NCBI GenBank assembly: GCA_036630325.1
Contig: CP142732.1
Span: 744,001-808,000 of the forward strand
DNA length: 64,000 nucleotides
Direction of reading: 5' to 3'
Origin: Vairimorpha necatrix
Taxonomy: Eukaryota
The notes beneath the pieces are model-generated. The model was not told where the DNA came from. It did no database searches and saw nothing but the letters and a program-made list of their open reading frames with translations. Position numbers and translations under genes: made by a program. Positions within the stretch are counted from its first letter, which is position 1; the number at the start of each line of letters is the position of its first letter. Positions 49,597 to 60,414 of the stretch are shown piece by piece.

Positions 49597-50540
49597 AGGG
49601 GGGAGATTTTAAGAAAAAACAAAAAGATTCTAAGAAAAATATGAAATTAAACAAAGTTAAATGTCACTTTGCATTTTTCATATATTGTTTTAAAATTACA
49701 TTTTCAGAGAAAAATGTTTGTAGCTAGAAGGAAACAGAACAGCACAAAATACGCTAAAATTTCAAAAAAACTTTAAGCTTATTATCGAAAATATCTACTT
49801 ATAAATAATTAAAAAATAATTATGTTTTCTATTGATGATTGAAATGGTGCACTTGAATCTAACTAATAGTTTTAACAGTACGTCTTAGACTCAATTATTG
49901 AACAAAAAATCAAATTTAGTTTTCCAAGCCAATAAAAATAGCATCTAGGTAAAATGAAATTTAAAAAAAAAAATTTAGCTGACAAAATAAAAGAGGTAGA
50001 AAGAAGAGAAACACAGCGCAAAGATCAATTTGGGGAAAGTACAATGTTGAAAATAAATTTGTCCTACAAATCATGTTAAAAAAATTGTCAATATAAAAAA
50101 ATTGTCAATATATAAAAAATTCCTATATAAATAAGTTCTATTTCATTTGGGTGAATTTTGTTTACCCCTCAATTTGTTTAAATTGACTTCTCTTCATTTT
50201 AAACAGGGAAAGGTTTAAATTGAAATATGTAATTTAATGCACTTTTCATAATCGTCTTTTTATTATTTAAAGACTAAACCAAGACTCAGGCTTCTTCCTA
50301 AAAAAAAGTATAAATGTTATTTTTTTTCTTAAATTTTTTGATATAAGCTTAAACATTATATGTCTTAAGTAGAAATCATATTTTGTTCTCTGTTTATTAA
50401 TATTATTAATTTACATATTTCTTAAATTTAATTTAATTCATTAAAATATAAATTACTTAGATTAAACCATTATTGAATTTATAAACCTTTTAACTTTTTT
50501 TTTTTTCTGTTATTGTTTTTTAAACTACCCTTTTTTAAAT

Positions 50541-51233
50541 ATGAAAATAGACAAAATGATGTTGTCTATTGGTATTATATCTTTTTTTCTGATAATTTTA
50601 TCTTTAAATGTAAATCCTCGCTATAGAAAACATTCTCTTAAAGATAAAGGTATTTCAAAAAAACATAAAAATGAAAATACCATAGACATAGTGCCATTAT
50701 CTTTTATATCTGTGACAATCCCTCTAACACTTTTTTTCAGAATATTTCGTAGTCTAGAATTAGAATTAGATCAAGAAATATTATCTTATGTAAGTTTTCT
50801 ATCTTGTCAACTTTTTATCACTGCTATTGTAGAAAATTTAAAAAATTTGTGCGGCCGCCTACGGCCTGATTTCCTTGCTAGATGTCGACCCGTGGAAAAT
50901 ATTTGCACTGGATTTGGAAAAACAATTAAAGATGGACGGAAAAGCTTTCCTTCTGGGCATTCTGCTACGTCGGCCGGCGGATTTTTTTACGCTGTTTTTT
51001 TTATTAATTCACATACAACAAATCATAGCAATACATTGATTTCTCAAAATAAAATTGTAAAAAAGTTTGTTACTTTCATTTTCATCTTAATTCCATTTAT
51101 TGTCGGATTTACAAGATATTTTGATAATAGACACCATATAACAGATATTTTAGCCGGTCTTACTATTGGTTTAATATCTAGCCGAATATTTTACAAATAT
51201 TCTGAAATAAGTCTAATAGATTTAGAAAAATAA
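50541..51233 (+). CDS. PAP2-family lipid phosphate phosphatase (Dpp1/Lpp1-like)
   Basis: KNLCGRLRP, SFPSGHS, TRYFDNRHHITDI; several TM helices. Confidence 0.92.
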   Translation: MKIDKMMLSIGIISFFLIILSLNVNPRYRKHSLKDKGISKKHKNENTIDIVPLSFISVTIPLTLFFRIFRSLELELDQEILSYVSFLSCQLFITAIVENLKNLCGRLRPDFLARCRPVENICTGFGKTIKDGRKSFPSGHSATSAGGFFYAVFFINSHTTNHSNTLISQNKIVKKFVTFIFILIPFIVGFTRYFDNRHHITDILAGLTIGLISSRIFYKYSEISLIDLEK

Positions 51234-51362
51234 AAAGTTTTCCTATAAAAAATATTTTTTTTTATTTTTTTTATTGCCGTTAAATATTGTTATTTTTTTA
51301 TTACTACCGTTAATTTTTGTTATTTTTTTTTTCTTAAAAGTTTTAAAAGTTTTTCAATCCTT

Positions 51363-52544
51363 ATGGATTTTTTCCAAGACACTGAAATTGAAAATAAAAA
51401 ACGAATCAAAGAACTTTTACTTCATGAAAATTTTAATAATGGAAATATGAAATTAATGTTTCTTTCAAATTCAGATAATTTTGTACACACAGATTTATTG
51501 ATAAAACTAAAATCATTATTTCAAAGACAACTTTCTAAAATGCCAAGAGAATACATTCTTAGACAAATTTTTGATTATAAACATATTAATCTTTTAATAT
51601 TAAATAATTCAAATGTTGTTATTGCAGGTATTTGTTACAGGCCTTTTTATTCTAGAAATTTTTTTGAGATAGTTTTTTGTGCAGTAGATTTAAACTATCA
51701 AGTAAAAGGAATAGGAAGTTTTATGATGGATATTTTAAAAGAACATGTAAAAAATGAAATGTACAATTTTAAGAATACAGAACAATACAAATTTAAAAAT
51801 CAAATTTTGACCAGTCTGGATTTTTTTAATAAAAAATATGAAAATATTTCTGGAAATATTTATTTTATAACTTACGCTGATAATTTCGCAATCGGGTATT
51901 TCAAAAAGCAAGGTTTTAGACAGAACTTGACCTTTGATAATTGGATTGGTTTTATTAAAGATTATGAAGGCGGGACAATTATGGAATGTAATATTTTTTG
52001 GGAAATTAATTACACACAAAAATTTGACATATTAGAAAATTTAAGAAAAAATTTTATTTCTAAAATAAAAAGTACAACAGACATTTTTACTGTTCATAAA
52101 AATGATAAACCTATAAAAGAACTTACAGATATACCAGGTATTAAACCAGAAATGATAAATAATAAAGATATTAGAAACAAACAAAATTGTCTAGATGGAT
52201 TTATTCAATTATTAATGAATATTTTAAAAAATGATCCAAATTCGTGGCCCTTTTTAGAACCAGTGAGTGCAAAAGATGTTCCAGAATATTATGAGGTTAT
52301 AAAATCACCAATGGATTTGTCTCGTATAAAAGACAAATTTTATAAAAAATTTTATTCAAGTCTTGATATTTTTATTTCTGATGTTCATCTTATGTTAAAC
52401 AATTGTTTTAAGTTTAACGGTAGAGATACTCAATATTACAAATGCGCACAAGCCTTATTCGAGAAATTTGAAGATAAATTAAAATTTTATGATGAATTAA
52501 TAAACTTCTGGAATCTAAAAAACAATAAAGGCTTACAAATGTAA
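51363..52544 (+). CDS. GCN5: histone acetyltransferase with C-terminal bromodomain
   Basis: QLSKMPREYI, FEIVFCAV, QVKGIG, TYADNFAIGYFKKQGF, IKDYEGGT; bromodomain WPFLEPV..YYEVIKSPMDL. Confidence 0.96.
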   Translation: MDFFQDTEIENKKRIKELLLHENFNNGNMKLMFLSNSDNFVHTDLLIKLKSLFQRQLSKMPREYILRQIFDYKHINLLILNNSNVVIAGICYRPFYSRNFFEIVFCAVDLNYQVKGIGSFMMDILKEHVKNEMYNFKNTEQYKFKNQILTSLDFFNKKYENISGNIYFITYADNFAIGYFKKQGFRQNLTFDNWIGFIKDYEGGTIMECNIFWEINYTQKFDILENLRKNFISKIKSTTDIFTVHKNDKPIKELTDIPGIKPEMINNKDIRNKQNCLDGFIQLLMNILKNDPNSWPFLEPVSAKDVPEYYEVIKSPMDLSRIKDKFYKKFYSSLDIFISDVHLMLNNCFKFNGRDTQYYKCAQALFEKFEDKLKFYDELINFWNLKNNKGLQM

Positions 52545-52655
52545 TAAATGTTTTTTATATTTTCTCCTTTAAAATCCAAAAAAACAAGGATCATCTTCCT
52601 ATTGGTCCGTTTCAAAAGGAGTTCAAATATTTTTCAATGTTTATTTTCCCCAAGA

Positions 52656-54386
52656 ATGGATATTGAAACAATGACCGTTTTAATTAGAAACTTTATTTTA
52701 TTGGGATATGGAGATATGTTTAATGAAAGGAAATATGATATGATAGGGACAACAAATGACCAAAAAACTCTTGTTATTCATTCTTATAGTTTTGACTATA
52801 ATAAATATGAAGAAGTATTTAAACGAAAATTTGATCTTCCAATTTATTCGTGTACACCAGGAAATTTTACTGGAAATGGGAGAACAAGCCTTTTTGTAAC
52901 ATTTGTTGACAATGATGTTTTTATAAATAAATTGATAGAATTTACTATTGAAAAGCACACAATTCTAAAAAGTCAAATTATTGGTGAAGAGGAATCGGCT
53001 TATCCACCAATGTCCATTACAGACTACGAAACCACCATGCCGGCCATTGTAATAGCTGATAAAGAGGGGAATGTCAAAATAGTAAAGTATGATATAAATA
53101 AGAAAACAATGGTAAGTTATGTCATCATCGACTCTGATGGAATTTTATATGAAAATCATCCGTATTCTTTTGTAGATCTAGACGGAGATTTGAAGGCCGA
53201 GTTGGTTACCGTCACAGTTGAAAACGATAAAAAATTTCTCAATGTCTACAAATACGAATCTAATGGATACAGAAAAAACTTCACATTTGATTTGCCAGAA
53301 GGCGAACTCGGACCAATAGTATTTGGCGATTTTACCAATAAAGGAGTAAACAGCATGTTGTTCATCAACGTATCTAAAAATAATGAATATTTCATTAATT
53401 TATACATCAATAATCTTGACAGATACCCGATAGAACACTACAAAAAAAATATTTATTCTGTAGACTGCGTCACATCCACTACAAATCCCTTTAGAATATT
53501 CACAGATTCATCAAGCACGCACATAAAAACGTCATTTAACGACTTGAGCCCTGGACTTTTCCCTGTACTTAAACTCCATTTGTCTGGATTTGATGAATCT
53601 AAAAAAATCCCAGGTGGGATTTTTACAACTGACATTGATAATGACGGAAATATCGAATTCTTTGTGACTGTACAAAATGAAAATGCGCGCACTTCAGTTC
53701 TTCCGTTGAGACTGAACAAAAATATGGACAAATTTTTGATTTTAGGCGGCACAAATTTAAAAGAGATCGAGAATGTTAAATCTTTTTCTACGATTGATTA
53801 CGACAACAGAGGCAAGGAAAATATAATAATTAACAGAGAAAGAGATGGCAGTAATATTGTAGAAGGTTATAATAACAAGTTTAATGATGACAATATGAAA
53901 CTGAGTCTCACGGCTACGCTAAAAAACAATACTAATATTCCCTATGGGATGGGTCTCCCTGGTACAACCTATTTGTTACTTGCAAATCATGGCCAGTATT
54001 TGTTTTATTCGTCAAATAGTGGCTCGGGACCTCACCTAAATTTAGTGTCTCAGACAGCTCTAATTGGACTAGGAGATTCGATTTATATGATAGACAGTCT
54101 AAGATTCGGTATAGCAAGTATTAGTAATGATTATAAAGGAATTTATGTAATCTCTACAAATATCATACAAAATTTAGATTTAATTATTTCGGCCGGTGCA
54201 GAAGGAAATTACAAAGTTGAAGCCTTTTTTAAAATCGTCAAATATTTTATGAAAATTGTTTATGTCGTCCTAATTGCAGGTATGGCCAACGTTGCAGTTT
54301 GGGCAATAATTTCATATAATCAAAACAAGAGAATTAAATTAGCTAGGACTAAAGACAGTATGCATCCATTATTTAGATCGTTATAA
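52656..54386 (+). CDS. FG-GAP repeat membrane protein, ITFG1/TIP/LINKIN-like
   Basis: FVDLDGDLKAEL, FGDFTNKG, TDIDNDG repeats; IGLG..IDSL and IIQNLDLII; single C-terminal TM with a short tail; start at CCCC-AAGA-ATG (frame open to 52548). Confidence 0.75.
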   Translation: MDIETMTVLIRNFILLGYGDMFNERKYDMIGTTNDQKTLVIHSYSFDYNKYEEVFKRKFDLPIYSCTPGNFTGNGRTSLFVTFVDNDVFINKLIEFTIEKHTILKSQIIGEEESAYPPMSITDYETTMPAIVIADKEGNVKIVKYDINKKTMVSYVIIDSDGILYENHPYSFVDLDGDLKAELVTVTVENDKKFLNVYKYESNGYRKNFTFDLPEGELGPIVFGDFTNKGVNSMLFINVSKNNEYFINLYINNLDRYPIEHYKKNIYSVDCVTSTTNPFRIFTDSSSTHIKTSFNDLSPGLFPVLKLHLSGFDESKKIPGGIFTTDIDNDGNIEFFVTVQNENARTSVLPLRLNKNMDKFLILGGTNLKEIENVKSFSTIDYDNRGKENIIINRERDGSNIVEGYNNKFNDDNMKLSLTATLKNNTNIPYGMGLPGTTYLLLANHGQYLFYSSNSGSGPHLNLVSQTALIGLGDSIYMIDSLRFGIASISNDYKGIYVISTNIIQNLDLIISAGAEGNYKVEAFFKIVKYFMKIVYVVLIAGMANVAVWAIISYNQNKRIKLARTKDSMHPLFRSL

Positions 54387-54528
54387 ATAAATTAATTTTT
54401 AAAAATTAAACGTATTTTTGTCGACTTGGTTTTCCATATAATTAGATTTATAAAATATTATATGATAAAAAATGCAATACACATATACATAAATATATTT
54501 GTTAGTTCTAAATTTGTTTGTAATAAAT

Positions 54529-56025
54529 TTATTTTTTATTTTTACGATTAAGTCCTAATTTAAATCTAATATTTAAATGAATTAATAAACCAGTTATGGC
54601 CATCGCACCAATAGAATTGGCTATAATAAACAATTCTACATACTCATAATTTTTAGTCTTTGACATTATTAATCCCATTATAAAAGGAGAGATAGTAAAA
54701 GCCAAATTTAACAGACTGAAAATGACTGCAAATCCGTTAGTCAAACTTTTTTCTGATACTAAAACAGGGATACAAGGCCAGTAGCAGCCGACCAGTGGCC
54801 CTGCGATGCCCAAAACCCCCACTATAAAATATGGCGAAAAAAATTGTAAAGTAAATGAAACATGGGCCATTAGTAGCATCAAACAACCTAAAAAAACAAT
54901 ATAAATATTTTTTCCGTATTTGTCAACCATAAAGCCAACAAATGGCGTCAGAAATATTCCGCAGACTTCGATAATTGACAATAAGTGGCCTGATTCGATA
55001 GAGTTAATATTATATTTTGAGTTAAAAAATATGGGAGCTAAAGAGTAAAAAGGAGCCCAGATCAAGGCTATTATAAAAGATAGAGCAGCTAGTAAATAAA
55101 ATGTAGAATGAAATCCTTCTGATTTTGCCAAAGACGGTTCATAAAAAATCGTCTCTTCGTCCGTTGTAAGTTTCTTAGGCTCAAATTTTGAAAGCTCTTC
55201 TGATAATTCGACGATATAATCGCGATTTACAGATTCCCATGGAGTAAACGGTGACTGATTAAAGTCTACTTTATAGAATATTTCTGAATTATTGGAGTTG
55301 GGTTTCTGATTAATCAATAAATTTTCTTTCTTCTCGATTTCATTTACTTCATCTTTGTGTGGATTAAATTCATTTTCAAAATTGACTGTTTTTAGTGGCT
55401 TTGTAGCTTGGCCTTTGCTTTCAACTAGCAAAGAAAATGGTAAATTTTGCGAATTTAAGATCTTATTAAGTATAAAGCATGATGCTAGACTACCTGTTGT
55501 CATAAATACTCCGATAATACAAGGGAAAGTTCTATGTGTTCTTTCCGCGAGAAGAGGAGAAGTCAAAAAATTCAAAATTGACCCGAATCTTGTAATACTT
55601 GAAACTAGGCCCAAAGTGAAAGCCAAGCCCTTTTCTTTAAATTCTTTAGATAAAAGTCGATTTATCAAAATAGAGAAGCTTTCACTTCCCAATCCGTAGA
55701 CGAATCTGCCTATTAGCATAGTTTTGTAATTCAATTTATAGACACCCACAGAATAAATAATTTGTCCTACTAGTACCAGAAAACATAATATTCTGGAAAA
55801 TATAGATAGTTCTAATGCACAAACATATCTAAACAGTAAGGGTATGATTATATTAGGCAAGGCATACACAGAATACAACATGGCAAGTTTCTCCGCTTTG
55901 TTCCCACTGCCGTATTCTACGAACTCATTTAATGTGGCAGGCATGTCGTAAACATACGAAAAACTCAATAAAATAAAACTACAAAGGAAAAGGATTTTAA
56001 ATTTATCTTCCATAAAGTAAAACAC
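54529..56025 (-). CDS. major facilitator superfamily transporter (MFSD1-like)
   Basis: About 12 hydrophobic segments with a long central loop; YSVYALPN, GRFVYGLGSE, GFMVDKYGK. Confidence 0.88.
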   Translation of the reverse strand: MFYFMEDKFKILFLCSFILLSFSYVYDMPATLNEFVEYGSGNKAEKLAMLYSVYALPNIIIPLLFRYVCALELSIFSRILCFLVLVGQIIYSVGVYKLNYKTMLIGRFVYGLGSESFSILINRLLSKEFKEKGLAFTLGLVSSITRFGSILNFLTSPLLAERTHRTFPCIIGVFMTTGSLASCFILNKILNSQNLPFSLLVESKGQATKPLKTVNFENEFNPHKDEVNEIEKKENLLINQKPNSNNSEIFYKVDFNQSPFTPWESVNRDYIVELSEELSKFEPKKLTTDEETIFYEPSLAKSEGFHSTFYLLAALSFIIALIWAPFYSLAPIFFNSKYNINSIESGHLLSIIEVCGIFLTPFVGFMVDKYGKNIYIVFLGCLMLLMAHVSFTLQFFSPYFIVGVLGIAGPLVGCYWPCIPVLVSEKSLTNGFAVIFSLLNLAFTISPFIMGLIMSKTKNYEYVELFIIANSIGAMAITGLLIHLNIRFKLGLNRKNKK

Positions 56026-56087
56026 TTTGTTTTTCTTTTTTATTTCTATGTTTCATCTGTGTTTTATTTCTCTAAAAAAGTCGCCCT

Positions 56088-56993
56088 ATGAATTATCAGA
56101 ATATTTTCGATAATTTAAAAAATGGCAAACTGCCAGATGCAGACGAATTACACTTAATTCTAGACACAGTTTCGAAAATATTGATCAAAGAATCAAATGT
56201 ACTAGAAATAGATTGTCCTTTGACAGTTGTAGGAGATTTACATGGTCAATATTATGATTATTTGAAAATATTAGATTTATTTGACTTACCTTCAGATGAA
56301 AATAAATACATTTTTTTAGGCGATTATGTGGATAGAGGATTAAATTCTGTAGAGTTATTTTTGTCAGTTTTACTTTTAAAAATAATTTATAAAGATTTAG
56401 TTATTTTATTAAGAGGAAATCATGAGACAAAAGGAATGGCGATAAATTATACATTTAGACAAGAGTGTAGACTGAAATATGACGAGACTATATTTTTAAG
56501 ATTTTGCGAAATTTTCACTTTTTTGCCTGTTTGTGCGATTGTAAATGCGAAGTATTTTTGTATTCATGGCGGAATTATCCCCGATTTGAATGTTGAATCT
56601 TTAAAGAAACAAGATAGATTTGAAGAACTGCCTAATTTTCATGATGTTTATTGGAGTGACCCTGACGATTATACGAAGAAATATGAAGAAAGTCCAAGGG
56701 GCGCAGGGTTTCTTTTTGGAGAATCTGTTACGAGGAAATTTCTAGAAGAAAATAATTTTGAGTGCATTATCAGATCTCATCAACTTGTCGAGACAGGATT
56801 TGATTCCAAGTTCGGGGGTAAAGTCTTGACAGTTTGGTCTGCTCCAAATTATGTTTATTCTCATGGAAATGGCGCTTCTGTTTTGTGTATCAAAGATGAT
56901 AAAATTATTCCCAAATATTTTGAGAAGGCAGATCCTCAATTTTTAGAGGACGAGACTTATAAATATTTTAATGAGATTTTACCCGATCAATAA
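56088..56993 (+). CDS. PPP-family Ser/Thr phosphatase catalytic subunit (PP2A/PP4/PP6-like)
   Basis: GDLHG, GDYVDRG, RGNHE, HGG, WSDP, SPRGAG, RSHQ, WSAPNY. Confidence 0.93.
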   Translation: MNYQNIFDNLKNGKLPDADELHLILDTVSKILIKESNVLEIDCPLTVVGDLHGQYYDYLKILDLFDLPSDENKYIFLGDYVDRGLNSVELFLSVLLLKIIYKDLVILLRGNHETKGMAINYTFRQECRLKYDETIFLRFCEIFTFLPVCAIVNAKYFCIHGGIIPDLNVESLKKQDRFEELPNFHDVYWSDPDDYTKKYEESPRGAGFLFGESVTRKFLEENNFECIIRSHQLVETGFDSKFGGKVLTVWSAPNYVYSHGNGASVLCIKDDKIIPKYFEKADPQFLEDETYKYFNEILPDQ

Positions 56994-57514
56994 ATTAATT
57001 ACTCGTAAATAAAATGATTAGGTATTTATCAAAGTACTACTTGTTTTTTTACAGAGCAAGCTTTGTCCAGCACAATAAAATTGTCATTAATATATTTTTC
57101 CTTCCTTTTCTCCTTGCAAGAGATTATTTAAAAATAATTGAATATATTCAAGCATTTAAATGCTCTGTTTAAGCGTAAGTAATTACAACAATAATGTTTT
57201 GTACGGGCTTTTAACCTGTTTTTTTTGGCTCAGTTTATAGATATTTTGCCTTCTGTTAAAGTTTTAAAAGTTATGACCTTTGGCTTAGATCTCGTGCATA
57301 AACTTTTCATTGTGTCTTGCATTTTATTCTTCTCTGCTTCCTTTTTGATTTCATGCTAATCTTTTTCAGGATGTGTTTATATAGTTTTTTAAAGTTTATC
57401 TTAATTAATTTAGATTAACTTTATTTTATATCTTCATATAAATGTTAGTTTTCATGTTTGTCTTTCTTGTCTGCATATTTTTTACAAATCTTTTTTTATT
57501 TCTTAACCCATAAA

Positions 57515-57826
57515 ATGGTAAATCTCCCTAAAGTAAGAAGAACACACTGTGCTCATTGCAATGCGCACACTGTTCATAAAGTATCTCTTTACAAAAAATC
57601 AAAGGATTCAGAAATAGTTTCTGGTGCTAGAAGATACAGACTAAAACAAAAGACCATTGGTCAAACCAAGCCCATTCTCAAGAGAAAAGCCAAGTTGACG
57701 AAGAAAATCATGTTAAAATTAGAGTGTCCTAAATGCAAGAAAATCCAGCAGAAAGTTTGTAAAAGAGCCAAGCATGTTGTGATGGGAGGAGAGAAGAAGC
57801 GTAAGAACGAAGCTTTAGAATATTAA
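57515..57826 (+). CDS. RPL42: 60S ribosomal protein eL42 (L44/L36a)
   Basis: [44 protein letters not shown] at 57515. Confidence 0.95.
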
Positions 57827-57858
57827 AATTTTATTTAATTTTTTATTTTACCCTTTTA

Positions 57859-58371
57859 ATGAACATTTCACCAAAAGTCCAACTTGAAGAATTTCAAGAT
57901 AGAAATGATGTCATTCTCGAAGATGGCATCATTCAAAATGTCAATGAAGACACAATTTTCGAATTAATACGGGACATCAAAGATCCTGAGCACTCTTATT
58001 CTTTAGAGCAGTTGTGCGTCGTAAGAAAAGATTTGATAAAATTTTATCAATTGGGCGATGACAAGGACATCAGTGGGCCCATAGAATGCATTTTGATAGA
58101 ATTCGAGCCCACCATACCACATTGCTCTATGGCTGCTATAATAGGCCTGACTATAAAAGTCTTATTAGATAGATTTATAAATGGATATTATATTACAGTA
58201 TCAATATTAGAAGGATCTCATGTCAATGAAAAGCTCTTAAATAAACAACTTAAAGATAAAGACCGAATACAAGCAGCATCTGAAAACATTTCATTAATGG
58301 AAATTATAGAAGAATGTATAGACAAAATAAGAAATAGACTTGAGAACATCGATAAGCGAAAAGTAAAATAG
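57859..58371 (+). CDS. CIA2: cytosolic Fe-S assembly component CIA2/MIP18/FAM96
   Basis: IRDIKDPEHSYSLEQL, PTIPHCSMAAIIGL, GSH, NKQLKDKDRI. Confidence 0.93.
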   Translation: MNISPKVQLEEFQDRNDVILEDGIIQNVNEDTIFELIRDIKDPEHSYSLEQLCVVRKDLIKFYQLGDDKDISGPIECILIEFEPTIPHCSMAAIIGLTIKVLLDRFINGYYITVSILEGSHVNEKLLNKQLKDKDRIQAASENISLMEIIEECIDKIRNRLENIDKRKVK

Positions 58372-58549
58372 AAGATTGTAAGCTGTAAAAACATGAATAA
58401 CAAGCTAAACGAGGAACAGTTAAATTCTAAAATGTAAAAAAAATAACGAAGTTAAATTTTATTGTAAAAAATGCTGAATAATATTGTTTTTTACAACGTG
58501 GTGTAAACATTAGAAAACGAATTAATTTTAAAATATTTCTTACCCCTTT

Positions 58550-59020
58550 ATGAATTCGTCGGCACAAAAAAGATTGCTAAAAGATTACAGTGCTATAAAA
58601 AACAACATAGACAAAACTATCTTTGCCAGTCCTCTCGATAATAATATTTTCTTATGGGTGGCTATCATTCTGGGCCCAGAAAATACTCCATTTGAAGATG
58701 GGACATTTAATCTTGTACTAATTTTTGACAACACTTATCCACAAAATCCACCTAAAGTAAAATTCTTATCTAAAATGTTTCATCCAAATGTCTACCAAAA
58801 TGGAGAATTGTGTCTCGATATGTTGAAAAATAGATGGTCCCCAAGTTACGACATATTGGGAATATTAATTTCTATACAGTCTCTCTTAAACGATCCAAAT
58901 ATTAAATCGCCGGCAAATCTTGAAGCTGCAGATTTATACGAAAATGATAAACTTGAATATTCCAAGAAAGTAAAAGAAACAGTAATACGAAGTTGGGTCG
59001 ATACAGAAAACATAAATTAA
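58550..59020 (+). CDS. RAD6: ubiquitin-conjugating enzyme E2 Rad6/Ubc2
   Basis: AQKRLLKD, GPENTPFEDGTF, MFHPNVY..GELCLD..NRWSPSYD, SPANLEAA. Confidence 0.93.
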   Translation: MNSSAQKRLLKDYSAIKNNIDKTIFASPLDNNIFLWVAIILGPENTPFEDGTFNLVLIFDNTYPQNPPKVKFLSKMFHPNVYQNGELCLDMLKNRWSPSYDILGILISIQSLLNDPNIKSPANLEAADLYENDKLEYSKKVKETVIRSWVDTENIN

Positions 59021-60414
59021 GTAGATAAATGCTCTATAACTTTTAATAATTAAGACACGAAAAAAAAATAAAAATTTTTTAAAGTATGCACTTTGTATGT
59101 ATTATTAAACAAATTTACATTTTATTATAAGTCTTGTATGTGTCTAAAATATTAAATAGCGTATTATAAACTTTTAATCGACTATCAGTAAATTTAAACA
59201 TTTTAAACTATAAAAATATTAGAAGTATATAAAACAATACCGTAGCATATTCAATAAAAAATTATATTCGATATTTTAATCAATTCTCAGTCTATCACAT
59301 AAAAGAACTCTAATAAATTATATTATATTAGATATCTTTTGCTTTTTAAGTATAACAGAAGAATTTCCACTGCGCAAAATGTCAGAACTATTGACTTTGA
59401 TTACATTCCATTTATACTCTCAATAGATGCAAATATGCTATAAAGATGGTTTCACTTAGATGTAAGTTGTAATACAGTATGAGTCATAGCTTTACTTTTT
59501 TTTGTTGCCAGACGAGAATATTTTAGGTAATCAGCTTGATAAAATATTTTCTCGATTAAGTTAAAAGAACATAACTTTGCAAAGAATTTTTTTACACTCT
59601 ACCTAGCAATTAGCGGATATATCAACTGTCTTACGTCATGGTTGCTAGTCGATCTTGCCTATTAAAACATTTTACATGCATTAGTCAATGCATAATATAT
59701 TCCTAATGAGACTTTATGGCAAATATAGATGTCAATTGAAGATATATTGATGATAATTTTTTCCTAAAAATTTATATTCTAGATAACTAGCCCGGAATTG
59801 ACGACATAGCATAATTTAAAAAAAAGTCTAGTTCCTTATTTACCAGTTAAGTTTTTAATTTATCTATAAATTACTCATACTATTGTAAATACTTCGCTTA
59901 TCTGTGCATTAAATAGGTATATATTTATATAAGCATAATTTTATATGTGATTTTATTTTGTTATAAATGAGTTTTGTTCTAGTCAAAATGTAAGAAATGA
60001 TTAAAAGCAAGAAAACATTTATTCCATGTGGTAATAAAGAATTTAGCTTAAATTATGTTCACATTAAGAATTTATTTCCGTTTATATATAAGTAAATTTA
60101 TTTATAGCAGTCTTCATTAATAGCGCATGTATGTAGATCATAAAAAACAGCTATATGTCTTGTTATACAGGGACAATTATGTCCGATTAGGCAATCTCAA
60201 TTAATATTTTTTAAACGATACGTCTTATTATAATGTAGTATCTTAAGATTTATTGTCCTTTTATTGCATGTTAAAAAAACATTGTTGGGCTATTTTCCCG
60301 ATGATTAATTCGATCATATCTCTTTTCCTGTATTCCTTCGTGTGAATGTTATAAATATTAGATATTATTTTTGTAATGAAATTAGAAAATTATAATCAAG
60401 TTTGCATAATTTAT

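Noticed and set aside
57515-57540. Possible intron right after the eL42 ATG (ATG GTAAAT)
   Set aside because: The unspliced frame gives the canonical MVN-PK N-terminus.
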